A stretch of 64,000 bases of DNA from the NCBI RefSeq assembly GCF_030144855.1, contig NC_082738.1:8618001-8682000 (forward strand), written 5' to 3'. Position numbers and translations under genes: made by a program. Below are positions 34,852 to 48,759 of the stretch, piece after piece. Numbering within the stretch: the first letter of the stretch is position 1; each line of letters starts with the position of its first letter. The DNA is from Hypanus sabinus. Its lineage: Eukaryota. The notes beneath the pieces are model-generated. The model was not told the DNA's origin and did no database searches. It saw only the letters and a list, made by a program, of their open reading frames with translations.

Positions 34852-37066
34852 ACTGGACCCAGGGTAGAGATTTTTGATTGGAGAAAGGCTAACTTTGAGG
34901 AGATGTGAAAGGATTTAGAAGGAGTGGATTGGGACAATTTGTTTTATGGGAAGGATGTAATAGCGAAATGGAGGTCATTTAAAGGTGAAATTTTGAGGGT
35001 ACAGAATCCTTATGTTCCTGTTAGGTTGAAAGGAAAGGTTAAAAGTTTGAGAGAACCATGGTTTTCAAAGGATATTAAAAACTTGGTTTGGAAAAAGAGA
35101 GATATCTACAATAAATATAGGCAGCATGGAGTAAATGAGGTGCTCGAGGAATATAAAGAATGTAAAAAGAATCTTAAGAAAGAAATTAGAAAAACTAAAA
35201 GAAGATAGGAGGTTGCTTTGGCAAGTAAGGTGAAAATAAATCCGAAGGGTTTCTACAGTTATATTAATAGCAAAAGGATAGTGAGGGATAAAATTGGTCC
35301 CTTAGAGAATCAGAGTGGACAGCTATGTGTGGAGCCAAAAGAGATGGGGGAGATTTTGAACAATTTCTTTTCTTCGATATTCACTAAGGAGAAGGATAAT
35401 GAATTGTGTAAGGTAAGGGAAACAAGTAGGGTAGTTATGGAAAATATGATGATTAAAGAAGAGGAAGTACTGACGCTTTTAAAGAATATAAAAGTGGGTA
35501 AATCCCCGGATCCTGACAGGATATTCCCTAGGACCTTGAGGCAAGTTAGTGTAGAAATAGCAGGGGCTCTGACAGAAATATTCCAAATGTCATTAGAAAC
35601 AGGGATGGTGTCAGAGGATTGGCGTATTGCTCATGTGGTTCCATTATTTAAAAAAGGTTCTAAGAGTAAACCTAGCAATTATAGGCCTGTAAGTTTGATG
35701 TCAGTGGCAGGTAAATTAATGGAAAGTACTCTTAAAGATGGTATATATAATTATCTGGATAGACAGGGCCTGATTAGGAACAGTCAACATGGATTTGTGC
35801 GTGGAAGGTCATGTTTAACAAATTTTATTGAATTTTTTGAAGAGGTTACTAGGAAAGTTGACGAGGGTAAAGCAGTGGATGTTGTCTATATGGACTTCAG
35901 TAAGGCCTTTGACAAGGTTCCACACGGAAGGTTAGTTAGGAAGGTTCAATCGTTAGGTATTAATATTGAAGTAGTAAAATGGATTCAAAAGTGGCTGGAT
36001 ACGAGATGCCAGAGAGTAGTGGTGGATAACTGTTTGTCAGGTTGGAGGCCGGTGACTAGTGGTGTGCCTCAGGGATTTGTACTGAGTCCAATGTTGTTTG
36101 TCATATACATTAATGATCTTGATGATGGGGTGGTAAATTGGATTAATAAGTATGCAGGTGATACTAAGGTAGGTGGCATTGTGGATAATGAAGTAGGTTT
36201 TCAAAGTTTGTAGAGAGATTTAGGCCAGTTAGAAGAGTGGGCTAAAAGATGGCAGATGGAGTTTAATGCTGATAAGTGTGAAGTGCTACATTTTGGTAGG
36301 ACTAATCCAAATAGAACATACATGGTAACTGGTAGGGCATTGAGGAATGCGGTAGAACAGAGTGATCTAGGAATAATGGTGCATAGTTCCCTGAAGGTGG
36401 AATCTCATGTGGGTAGGGTGGTGAAGAAAGCTTTTGGTATGCTGGCCTTTATAAATCAGAGCATTGAGTATAGAAGTTGGGACGTAATGTTAAAATTGTA
36501 CAAGGCATTGGTGAGGCTAAATTTGGAGTATTGTGTACAGTTCTGGTCACCGAATTATAGGAAAGATGTCAACAAAATAGAGAGAGTACAGAGGAGATTT
36601 ACTAGAATGTTACCTGGGTTTCAGCACCTAAGTTACAGGGAAAGGTTGAACAAGTTAGGTCTTTATTCTTTGGAACGTAGAAGGTTGAGGGGGGGCTTGA
36701 TAGAGGTATTTAAAATTATGAGGGAGATAGATAGAGTTGACATGGATAGGCTTTTTCCATTGAGAGTAGGGGAGATTCAAACAAGAGGACGTGAGTTGAG
36801 AGTTAGGGGGCAAAACTTTAGGGGTAACACGATGGGGAACTTCTTTACTCAGAGAGTGGTAGCTGTGTGGAATGAGCTTCCAGTAGAAGTGGTAGAGGCA
36901 GGTTCGATATTGTCATTTAAAAAAAAATTGGGTAGGTATATGGACAGGAAAGGAATAGAGGGTTATGGGCTGAGTGCAGGTCAGTGGGACTAGGTGAGAG
37001 TAAGCATTTGGCATGGACTACAAGGGCCGAGATGGCCTGTTTCCATGCTGTAATTGTTATATGGTT
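34852..37066 (+). mobile_element. Young 5'-truncated CR1 LINE with a nearly intact ORF2 RT region
   Basis: ORFs at 34924, 35218 and 36256 share one frame. RT motifs NYRPVSL, QHGF, DFSKAFDKV, GVPQG and YAGD are present. Confidence 0.95.
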
Positions 37067-38288
37067 ACTTACAAATAAATAAACACTAAACTAATTTTTT
37101 TTTAAAGCACATCCTCTATTTCCATGTCCAGCCAAGAATCCCACTGAAAGGAGTATTGAACCAGTGTGATTGGCTTGGGATTAGGGTGCCTGATTTTCCA
37201 GGGGAATGTGAGAAATCCCAGTAAGACTGGGTTTAGTGGCTTCACTAAATCCACGGCATCGGAGTTTGGGAATGAGTCGGATGGTAGTTTCCTTTGGAAT
37301 TACCAGTGCATTTAATGCCTTATACTGAAAGGTCTTCTTCCCTGGTGCCCCAAAATAGGGATCTGTTTTGTTCTGAATACTTTGTCTTGCTGGAAACTGT
37401 CAGGGCCTCAAGTTTATTCATTGTGGAAAATCCCGCAGTGAAGCATAGATCCTCCACATCTGGCCCAGGCAAGCAACTACACAGACCAGACTCAATACTA
37501 TAAATATTAAAGTAACTTCCACTTGACCTTGTAAGTAGGAGGAAATGAATGAATGCGCCCCTTGAAGCATTAATTGAGTCTCCATTGTCCAAATCAAGCA
37601 CTCCATCAGTAGCTCGTTAGCTTGCACACATCACGTCTTTAGTCTATTAACTATCAGAAGATGCGTCTCAGGAGTGCCACCAAATAAACTGTCAGTAACA
37701 CAAAAGACGTAACCAATACTTGTAAGATGCAGAAGGGGAAGCAGTGGGGTAGAAGGCTTTATAGTAAGGAATTCAAGAAATCGAGGCTCAAACAGTTGAG
37801 GTCACGTCTGTAGTTTACGACGCATTGAAATTCAACAGTGACTTGGAGGTCATAATCAGAGCAATGCCAAGATCTTGGTTGTAGGAGGCTTAAGAGAATG
37901 GAAGGGGGAAGGCTATGGTGGATCTTGGTAAAAAATGAAGCTGTGTCAGACAAAGAAATACAGGTGGGTGACCTTTTGGGTGGTTTAGGTAACAGAGTAG
38001 GGGAATGGATGCTTTAAACCTGAGACTCCCACCTCTGTTGGCTTTAATATTTTCCGATCTCCCATACCTACCCTCACCCTCCCACTGTCCTTACTGGTTG
38101 AGAGTTGGTGTTTGCAGACTGTGGGGGTACTGTAGCTGATGGAGACTGAGACATTTGGTTAGGACAGTTTAGGCATCCAGAGAATAACAAATTTGATGAG
38201 ACCCCCTTCCTGTTCTTCCAAAGCTGTCTAACTCGCCAGTTTTAAATATAGGTTTTTAATTGTCCTGGTTTTCTTTGTTTCCCGTTAG

Positions 38289-38434
38289 ATTTGAACAGTC
38301 ATTTATCATCAGCCTGATTCTTGGTCGCTCTGGTAACTTCTGGACGAGTCTACAGGATGCCAACCACCCAGGGGCCTTTCAGTGGATAGGAGGCGATGCT
38401 GTCTCCTTTACCAACTGGAATCGAAACCAACCAG
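38289..38434 (+). CDS. MRC2: MRC2 exon: CTLD3 middle part
   Basis: tttcccgttag/gtaaca boundaries. FEQSFIISLILGRSGNFWTSLQDANHPGAFQWIGGDAVSFTNWNRNQP. Phase 2-1. Confidence 0.95.
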
Positions 38435-38774
38435 GTAACAGCACAACACTGTTTATCCATATTTCAGCCTGAATGCTTTAAAGTCCAGTGAGCAAAACAG
38501 TTCTGAATTGTCTTACCAATTATTAGTGACCAAAATCATTCCATTTTGAATACAAATATATGCAAGTGACACTAATTAAAAACTGTTCACTCTAAACACA
38601 GTCTAACAGCCACACCATGCACATGGACTGGCACTAGTTAGAAATTGTTCGGCAGCAGTCTCCTGTCCCAATTAAGCAACACAGTGTCCCAATTAAACAA
38701 AGGGAATCCTGGCTATTTTCTCGATTAGTTTTTGTTCTTTAAGAGTGTGTCCTCTTCAGTCAGGTATAGGGCAT

Positions 38775-39360
38775 GAAACATAGAAAACCTTCAGCACAAT
38801 ACAGGCCCTTTGGCCCACAATGCTGTGCCGAACATGTCCTTACTTTAGAAATTACCTAGGGTTACCCATAGCCCTCTATTTTTCTAAGCTCCATGTACCT
38901 ATCCAAGAGTCTCTTAAAAGACCCTATCGTATCCGCCTCCTCCACCGTCACCAGCAGCCCATTCCACACACTCACCACTCTGCGTAAAAAACTTACCCCT
39001 GACATCTCCTCTGTACCTTCTTCCAAGTACCTTAAACCTGTGTCCTCTTGTGGCAACCATTTCAGCCCTGGGAAAAAGCCTCTGACTATCCACACGATCA
39101 ATGCCTCTCATCATCTTATACACCTCTATCAGGTCACCACTCATCCTCCGTCGCTCCAAGGAGGAAAGGCCAAGTTCACTCAATCTATTTTCATAAGGCA
39201 TACTCCCCAATCCAGGCAATATCCTTGTAAATCTCCTCTGCACCCTTTGTATGGTTTCCACATCCTTCCTGTAGTGAGGCGACCAGAATTGAGCACAGTA
39301 CTCCAAGTGGGGTCTGACCATGGTCCAATATAGCTGCAGCATTACCTCTTGGCTCTGAAG
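38775..39360 (-). mobile_element. CR1 3' fragment
   Basis: VRPHLEYCAQFWSPHYRKDVETIQRVQRRFTR; same subfamily as 5388-6276 and 49150-49590. Confidence 0.9.
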
Positions 39361-41269
39361 GTACAGATTTCTGACAGAAGTTGAATGCAATGAGAATGAG
39401 CTGTTATTTATCATTTGGTTAAATGAGGGAACACCAACACAAACTTCTGTTAACTTAAGGAGAAAGAGGACAGTAAAATTTGTGCAGAGAGACACTAAGT
39501 ACTTAGAGTCTCCTGTGATATTCCGTGAACAGAAAGAAGTGCATCTGAGCTAGCTGGCTTTTTGGCTGCACAGTGATATATAGCACATCTGGAAATGATA
39601 TTAAGAACCAAAACAAGGAAATGAATGTGCAGTGTGAATGGATGGCTGTCTATTTAATCACTCTGGCTAATGTTTCAGTCTTAACTGCTGTAGATTTCAG
39701 ATTTTGCAGCTTTTTTACATTGTGGCTTTGTTCTGCACTGTGCAAAGCAGTAAAACCTAGGCAAGTTAAAAAGTTCAGCTGCGCCATGAGTACAGCTCTG
39801 CCCTCGTGCTGACGTTTCACTCGGGTTTGGCTCACATCATTGGCTTTATGTCTGACCCTGTTCATCAAAACCAGCCAAGGTACATTTAAAAGCTTTTGTT
39901 TCTCCCCTGACCTGAGATTTTGAATGTGATTTGTGAGTCTGGCATTTCTTGCCCATTCCTTTCTGCCTTCAGAAAACGCTGGTTCTTTTCATCATGGCTG
40001 GAGAAAATTGAATGGTGTGCCAAACTGGTTTAGAGCTCACCAAATTGGAGCCACATAAGCACATACATACAATAAAGAATAACCATGAAGTAGGACAGTA
40101 GTGTAGCAGCTTCTTTATTACTTTTATTGGTATCTTTTATTTCACAAATTATTACAATTAAAATTCTTAAAATGCAGGGGTTGAGGGGTTGGGTGTGAGT
40201 GGGTTCTGAATCTGAGCTAGGACTTCCAGGTCTACCAGTTCACTGGCACACTTAGGACTGTGGTAGTGCTAGGCTGGATATATCTCTGGTTTATTGTACG
40301 TTATTCTATTAATCCTCCAACTTCCTTTAGATGTCAACACAGCAGAATAATAAATTATTCCGGCTGCAGTGCTGAACACTCACTTTCAGGAGCTCTGCAT
40401 TTCACGTTCTGTGTGTTATTTATTGTTTGTACAATCTGTTCTTTTTTCACGCATTGGATGTTTGATTGTCTTTGCAGGGTGTGGGGTTTTTCATCAACTC
40501 CTTTGTGTTTCATTGTTTTGTGACTGCCTGCAAGAAGATGAACATACTTATTCAGATAATAAGTTTGAACTTTGAAGTACTCCAGTGATTCAGTAAGTTT
40601 GAAGAGAGCATAGGGAACAAAACCAGGGAACTTGGGCAGCAAGACCCCAGTGCTCCCTTTCCCAGGGAGGGCAGTAAGATGGAATGCGCAACAGTGAGCT
40701 GAAGGAAGTGTATGGCCCGGAAAGTGGAAGAGGGTGTGGGAACCTTCGCCCAGGGAAATACAAGTGAGCTCAGAAACCTGGGCCCCATTGAGTGGAAAGA
40801 GAGGGTAGGAACAATGAACAAGAGGGGGCAAGGAAATCAGCATCCAGTGGGCAATGCCCTGAAATATCAGGAATTCCAAACAGGTAGACAGTGTGCTATC
40901 AGAGAGTTACTGATCCATGCCACCAATAGAACAAGCAGAGTTTTACCTTTAAAAAGACCTCCTTAGTGAATCAGTGTCTTGGACATGAGCTTTAATCCTG
41001 CAGCTGCCCCACATAGTAATTGGTTTGTTAATGTCACATGTACAGTTACGGTCAAAAAATTTGTTTTGCATGACATCCATACAGATGATATAGTCAGATC
41101 AGTTCATTAATAGAGTTTTGACCAGCAACCAATCTGGACATCAGCAGATTGAGAGGAGAGGATTCCAATCAGGTCTACTGCAAGAGTAGAAAACGGCAGA
41201 GCAAACGGTTTATGGCGGCATAATAGAGCTTTGACCAGCAACTGGTCTGCATTTAGGATTGATTAACAA

Positions 41270-44200
41270 GAGCGAATTAAAGGAAGGCAGGGGCAAATGC
41301 AGTGGCCATTGTCAGAGTGGACAGAGTCATAGTGGTGAACTTGAGGCTTTAGCTCTTCAAGGCTTCACTTAGAGAAAGCAAAGAAAAGAAAAGTATGAGG
41401 TTAATTACTTTTTCCTTCCTTCCTTTCTTTATATCTGCTCAGCTAGGACAGTATAGATAGTTGAATGCTCCGCTTGTGGGATGTGGGAAGGCAGGGGGAC
41501 CTCCAGTGTCCCTGACAACTGTTACTGCAGCTTCTGCAGCTTCTAACAATCCGTGTTAAAGTGTTGGAACTGAAACTGGATGAACTCCGGATCATTCGGG
41601 AGGCTGAGGTAGGATGTTGTAGGCATCACTGAATTATGGCTGAAAGAAGATTATAGCAGGGAGCTTAACATCCAAGGATACACACTGTATCGGAGGGACA
41701 GGCAAGTAGGCAGAGGGGGTGGAGCGGCTCTGTTGATAAAAAATGAAATCAAATCATTAGAAAGAGGTGACATAGGGTCAGAAGATGTTGGGTCATTGTG
41801 GATAGAGCTAAGGAACTACAAGGGTAAAAAGACCCTGATGGGAATTGTATACATACCCTCAAACAGTGGTATGCATGTGGTGTACAAATTACAATGGGAG
41901 ATAGAAAATGCATGCCCAAAGGGCAATGTTGTGATAATCATGGGGGATTTCAATATGCAGGTAGATTGGGAAACTCAGGTTGGTGCTGGATTCCAACGGG
42001 GGAGTTTCTAGAGTGCCTACAAGATGGTTCTCTAGAGCAGCTCATGGTTGACCCCACAACCTGTTCTGGATTGGATGTTGTGCAATGAACCAGAATTGAT
42101 TAGAGACCATAAGGTAAAAGAACCCTTGGGGGTAAGTGATCATAATATAATCAAATTCACCCTGAGATTTGAGAAGGAGAAGCTGAAGTCAGATGTATCA
42201 GTATTACAGTGGAGTAAAGGGAATTACAGAGGCATGAGAGAGGAGTTGGCCAGAATTGATTGGAAAAGAACACTGGCAGGGATGACAGCAGAGCTGCAAT
42301 GGCTGGAATTTCCGGAAGCAATTCGGAAGGCACAGAATATATACACCCCAAAGAGAAAGAAGTATTCTAAAGGAAAGATGACACGACCATGGCTAACAAA
42401 AGAAGACAAAGTCAACATAAAAGGCAAAGAAAGGGCATAAAATGGAGCAAAAATTAGTAGGAATTTGGAGGATTGGGAAGCTTTTAAAAACCAGCAGAGG
42501 GCAACTAAAAAGTTATTAAGAAGGTAAAGATGAATACGAAAGTAAGCTGGGCAGTAATATTAAACAGGACACCAAAAGTTTCTTAAGATATATAAAGTGT
42601 ATAAGAGAGGCGAGAGTAGATATTGGACCACTGGAAAATTATGCTGGAGAGGTCGTAATGGGGGACAAGGAAATGGCAGGCGAACTGAACAAGTATTTTG
42701 CATCAGTCTTCACAATGGAGGATACTATCAGTATGGTGGAAGTTCCACGTGAGGGATCATTAATTATGTGAAGCTACTATTACTAGGGAGGAGATTCTCG
42801 GGGAAACTGAGAGGTCTGAAGGTAGATAAGTCACTTGGTGTACACCCCAGGGTTCTGAAAGCAGTAGCTGAAGAGATCGTGGAGGCATTAGTAATGATCT
42901 TTCTGGAATGGTTCCAGAAGACTGGAAAATTACAAATGTCATTCCACTCTTCAAGAAGAGAGAGAGGCAGAAAAATTGAAACTATATGCCAGTTAGTCTG
43001 ACATCAAGAGGTTGGGGAGATACTGGTATCCATAGTTAAGAATGGGGTCTCACAGTACTTGGAGGCGCATGTTAAAATAAGTTGGAGTCATCATGGTTTC
43101 CTCAAGGGAAAATCTTGCCTGACATATCTCTTGGAATTGTTTGAGGAAATAGCAAGCAGGATAGACAAAGGAGAATCAGTTGATGTTGTGTACTTGGATT
43201 TTCAGAAAGCCTTTGACAATTTGCCACACATGAGGCTGCTTAACAAGCTACGAGCTTGTGGTATGACAGGAAAAATTCTAGCATGGATAAAGCAGTGACT
43301 GATTGGCAGGAGGCAAAGAGTAGAAACAAAGGGAGGCTTTTCTGATTGGCTTCTGGTGACCAGTGGTGTTCCACAGGGGTCTGTGTTGAGACCGATTCTT
43401 TTTACATTGTACATCAATGATTTGGATGATGAAATTGATGGCTTTGTTGCAGAGATTGCAGATGATATGAAGATAGCTGGAGGGGCAGGTAGTTCCACAA
43501 AGGTCCATCTTATATGTCAATGATTTGGATGACAGAATCGATGTCTTTGTGGCCAAGTTACTGGATGATCTGAAAAACAGGGGAGAGGCAGGAGTGCTGA
43601 GGAAGCAGAGAGGCTACAGTAGATTAGGAGACAGATTAGGAGAATGGGCAAAGAAATGACAGATGGAATACAGTATGATATGAAGATAGCTGGAGGGGCA
43701 GCTAGTTTTGTGGAAGAAGAGAGGCTACAGATGGACTGAGACAGATTAGGACTATGGGCGAAGAAGTGGCAGATGGGATACAGTATCGGAAAGTGTATGG
43801 TCATGCATTTTGGTAGAAGAAACGAAAGGGGTTGACTATTTTCTAAATGGAGAGAAAATACAAAGAGCTGAAGTTCATGGGGACTTGGGAGTCCTTGTGC
43901 AGGACCCCCTAAAAGTTAATTTGCAGGTTGAGTCTGTGGTGAGGAAGTCAAATTTGATGTTAGCATTCACTTCAAGAGGACTAGAGTTAATGTAAGAGCA
44001 AGGATGTAATGTTGAGACTTTATAAAGCACTGGTGAGGCCTCACTTGGAGTATTGTGAGCAGTTTTGGGCCCCTTATCTTAGAAAGGAAGTGCTGAAACT
44101 AGAGAGGGTTCAAAGGAAGTTCACAAAAATGATTCCAGGATTGAATGGCTTGTCATATGGAGAGCATTTGGTGGCTCTGGGCTTGTATTCACTGGAATTC

Positions 44201-44605
44201 AGAAGAATGAGGGGTGCTCTAATTGAAACATTGAATGGTGAAAGGCCTTGATAGAGTGGATGTGGAGAGGATGGTTCCTATGGTGGGGGGAGGTGGTCTA
44301 AGGCCAGAGGACACAGCCTCAGACTAGAGGGAAGATGAGGAAGAATTTCTTCAGTCAGAGAGTAGTGAATCTGTGGAATTCTTTGCCACAGGCAGCTGTG
44401 GAGGCAAAGTCTTTCTGTATATTCAAGGCAGAGGTTGATAGGTTCTTGATTGGTCATGGCATGAGGGGATATGGGGTGGGGGGAAGCAGGAGATTGGGGC
44501 TGAGAGGAAAATCAGATCAGCCATGATGAAATAACAGAGCAGACTTGATAGGCCAAATGGCCCAATTCTGCTCCTATATCTTATGGTCTATAGCCTTATG
44601 GTTTT
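41270..44605 (+). mobile_element. Near-full-length decayed CR1 (ORF1 zinc finger/zipper start, internal deletion, ORF2 EN and RT)
   Basis: CSACGMWE...LELKLDELRIIREAE, then GITELWL, IIMGDFN, SDHN, HGFLKGKSCLT, LDFQKAFD and a CR1 3' UTR. Confidence 0.9.
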
Positions 44606-46754
44606 ATTAAAAAATTATAAAGGAAAAGCAATAACCAGGTGCAGAATAAATTGTTCCAGTTACAGAGAAAGTGCAGTGCTGGCAAACAATAAGATGCAAG
44701 ACACAACGTGGCAGAGTGTGAGGTCAAGAGTCCATTCTTATTGTACTAGATGTACATTGAAGGAAACAAATGGAATGATCTAGATTCTCGAATAAAGAGC
44801 AGGGCAGTAGGACTGATGGACTGTTCCCACCAATGAGATGGCATAGATGCAATGGGCTGATTCCTACATATTGTTCAATTCCATCACTTGGCACAAGTGT
44901 TCTGCCTAACAGTTACCATTAAGCATTAGTCCAGTTTCCAGGCCTCAGCATTTCAAATAACAGAGTGATTTTTATGGGCGTGCTAGGGATGAAGACTCTT
45001 TTAGTATTGAGTACTGCGGATTGTGTCTGCTGATCAGTGGGCTCTGAGCATGGCTCTGGAGATAGTCATAAAATCAAGCTCAACAGAGCAGAAAAAGCCC
45101 TTTCAGCCCATCATGTCCATGACTTCTCTTCTGCCATTCAATATGTAGGGAGATGTGGTGCACTGGCTGTTTTCCTCCTCCCTCACTCAGAGGGTGAGGA
45201 GTTGTACTCTCTTGCCCAACCACCCCCCTCCACAGATAACCCTACTGACTTTAACATGGACCCAAGACTGAACTCTTTAAGCTTCTGGATCAGTCTGCTG
45301 CCTGATCAACCAGCTGATTTGCTAGTGGAGATGAGAGTTTAAACGGATGAATGGTGGAGCAGTAGAAGTGTTGATTCAGTCATCAGCTCATGGAAACTCT
45401 GCTGAACAGCAAAATGTTTTCTGGCAGAGTGATTCTATTTACAGCAAATTACAGCAAGCTCAGATAAGGTTCTTATTAGGGAACATTAAAACTTTACGCT
45501 TAATGACACAGAAAAGTCCACAAATCATAAAAGGCCATTCTTGTATCCAGCCACCAGCTGAAAGCAATTTACGATCTAATCGATGTTACATTTTGCTTGT
45601 CTATTGTGATCTACAGAGTGATGGGTGTAGTTCAGTATAGAGACCATTTAAACCACAAATATGTTTAATGGTGAGTGTTGTTTGCCTTCTTGTTACATTG
45701 CAAGGATTCATTCTTACTGCTTCTTGCCAGTAATTGAGGAAGTGAATTGAGGCCACAAGCCTAGTGTTTATCCATGTATTGGTAAAAATTCATACAACAC
45801 TATCAAGAAGTAAAAAAGTGGCTCCCTACCATGTGAATACATAGAAAATCTGCTATTCTCTCAAATATTGGGATCTCTGTGTTGGTTTATTTTTTTGGCC
45901 CTGTTCTTCCAGAAATACAAGATGCAAAAAATGCCCCATCTGTTTAGTCTAGGAAGTTGGTACCTCGTACTGTTTGTTTGTGAAAGAGGGATTGGGCATT
46001 TGGGACTAAAGTTCCAGTATAAATAAATTCATGTAGATTAAAAGTGGTGGTGTCAACACGGATACATAAATGGGCTCAAGAGGATATTGGAATCTGGAGC
46101 AACACACAAAACACTGGAGGAACTCAGCAGGTCAAACAGCATCTATGAAGTGAAATGGACAGTTGATGTTTCAGGTCAACTGTCCATTTCATCCAGTGCT
46201 CAGGGTATTGCTTGGGATGGGAAACTGGTTGTGGTGAAGAGTTTCTGATTTCGGTCTAGTTGAAGGTATTGTCCAAGGGTTGGTCCTAGAAGCACTGCTC
46301 TTTATTGAAATGTGTTAATATTTGAACTGTAGTGTGCAAGCATCTTAAAATTCCAAACTTGGAATTAAGGTAAATTTTGAGCAGAATGTTAATAAGGTTC
46401 AAGAGGATGTAGACAGCCAGGAAGATAAGTGGACATAGCAGGTAAAGTTAACACAGAAGTGTGAAGTGATAATTAGGATGATTGGGAAAAGGCTGAAGAG
46501 GTGTCTGAAAGAGAGATGTGGGTATACTGTATGCTGAGGTTAGTTTGAGAAACCCATTAAATAGAGCCTTTGGGATCCTGAGCCTTATAAGAAGATGAAC
46601 AGAAAATAAATAAAAGGAGGGTGTTTTGATATTGTGTAAAATACTGGTTCAACCACAACTAGAATGTAGGTAGTATTGGTCACCTTGATGAAAACACTGT
46701 AGAGAGGGGCTAGAGTAGATCTGGTGCTATTGACCCATGGACAATCGAGAGATG

Positions 46755-47030
46755 TCTATTTAGAATAAAGATGAGAAAGAGTTTCTCTAGCCTAAGGATG
46801 GTGAATCTATGGAATTTGTTGCCACAGTTGGCTGTGCAGGCTAAGTCATTGTGTATATTTAATGTGGAGGTTGATAGGTTCTTGTTTAGTCAAGGCATTA
46901 AAGGTTATGGGAGAAGGCAGGAGAATCTGGTTGAGAGGAATGTTGGATCAGCCATGATGGAATGGTGGAGTAGATTTGATGGGCTGAATGGCCCAATCCT
47001 GCTCCATTGTCTTTTTGTCTTATGGACAAG
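46755..47030 (+). mobile_element. CR1 3' end nested in an older decayed LINE
   Basis: MRKSFSSLRMVNLWNLLPQ...EVDRFL. Confidence 0.75.
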
Positions 47031-47329
47031 GGGTCTCTGTCATTAGTAGTCTACAGAAGGTGGTATTTTCCTCCTTGGAGGAGGCTGGGAAATGATTTGG
47101 GAAGTGTTCCACGTCAGCAAAGGTGTAGAGAACGTGAATAAAGAAAAACTGGCTCTGATGAAGGAACAGTAAAGAAGCATGGAGTTAAAGTGAACATGTT
47201 AGCGATTGAAGGAGAATAACTTCTCATTTAGCAAGCATTTATGATCTGGAATCTACTTACTCATGGAATGGTGGAAGCAGATTAAGTCCTTGCTTTTGAA
47301 AGAGAATATTCAAAGGTCAAAGTAAATTT

Positions 47330-48005
47330 ATTATCAAAGTACATGTATGTCACTACATACTACCCTGAGATTCATTTTCTTGCAGGCATATTCAATAACT
47401 ACATAGAATAATACCACACCAATTTGGGCATTCAACCAGTGTGCAAAAGACAACAAACTGTGCAAATACAAAAGAAAAAATAGTAATAATAAATATCAAG
47501 AACATGAGATAGAGTCCTTGGAAGTGAGTTCATTGGTTGTGGGAACATAACAGTGATGGTGCAAGTGAAAGTATCCTCCTTTGGTTCAAGGGCCTAATGG
47601 TTGAGGGGTAATAACTGTTTCTGAACCTGCTGGTATAAGTCCTGAGGCTTCTGTACCTTCTTCTGATGGCAGCAGCAGGAAGAGAGCATGACTTGGGTGT
47701 TGGGGGGTCTCTGATAATGGATGCTGCTTTCCTGCAACAGTGCTCTGAGTGGATGTGTTAATTAATAGGGAGGGCTTTACTTGTAATAGACTGGGCCATA
47801 TCCACTATATTTTGTAGGATTTCCCATTCAAAGGCATTGGTGTTTCCATATCAGGCTGTGATGCGGCCAGTCAGTAAACAGTACCCTCCACCACGCATCT
47901 GTAGAAGTTTGTCAAAGTTTTGGATGTCTTGCCAAATCTTTGAAAACTTCCTAAGAAGTAGAGGCAATGTCATGCTTTCTTCATAATTGCACTATGCGCT
48001 GGGCC
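47330..48005 (-). mobile_element. Rex1/Babar-type LINE 3' remnant
   Basis: Minus-strand LYFLG-type DUF1891 remnants and the actttgataataaatttactttga tail shared by several copies. Confidence 0.65.
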
Positions 48006-48158
48006 TAGATTAGGCTCTTCCCACATTTTTAAAGGAGGCAATACAGATGAAGGATCTCAGTCTGAGGAACTTTCTGTCCATTTCCCTCCATAGATGCTGC
48101 CTAACCTTCTGAGTTTCTCCAGCAGTTTGTTATTTGCTCCAGATTCCAGCATCTGTAA

Positions 48159-48235
48159 CGGGTTCCCAACCTTCTTGTGCCATAGAACAATAGCATAAAG
48201 CAAGGGATCCATGGACCTCAGGTTGGGAACCTCTG
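48159..48235. mobile_element. hAT (Charlie-like) MITE
   Basis: gggttcccaacct...aggttgggaacc TIRs and an 8-bp TSD atctgtaa/atctgtag. Confidence 0.8.
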
Positions 48236-48759
48236 ATCTGTAGTCTCCTGTGCCTCCATTTTACAAGGTTAGATTTGCTGCAGATTTTGTGCTGCATTCA
48301 GGTTCATCTTCCTCATCCAGGTTTCAGTTTTTAGTTTAGATCAGTTAGTCCTCCTTTTGCTTTGTTCTCACCTCTGACTAAGCAACTAATTCAGTGTTGT
48401 TGATAGGTGGCTGTAAGCTATTATTTGTGTAAAAAAAAAACTAACTCTTACAAAAAGGCAAATGGTTGATATGTGAGAAATGGTATAAAGTAACGAATAA
48501 TGTCATGAGTATGACATAGCTTTCATGCTCAATGTTTATTTGTAGATCAATATGGCTGATTGATTCATTCTTGCATGTTGATATATTAATCTACTTTCAT
48601 ATCACACATTGGAACAAAAGCCTGTAAAAAGTCAAAATGTCTGCCCATAAAATTCAGAGTTTGTACGTTGCCCAAAGTAATGCACGTTCACATATTTCCA
48701 CTGAATATTTTTAGTGAAGAGGACATATGTAGATTATTAGGACCAAGACCCAGGTGTAC

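Noticed and set aside
35218-36993. Long RT ORFs as a domesticated gene or novel RT system
   Set aside because: This is an ordinary CR1 ORF2 with in-frame stops, no endonuclease domain and a mutated YADD.
40355-40879. 174-aa minus-strand ORF
   Set aside because: It runs across a LINE 3' tail and unrelated DNA, with no motifs or splice support.
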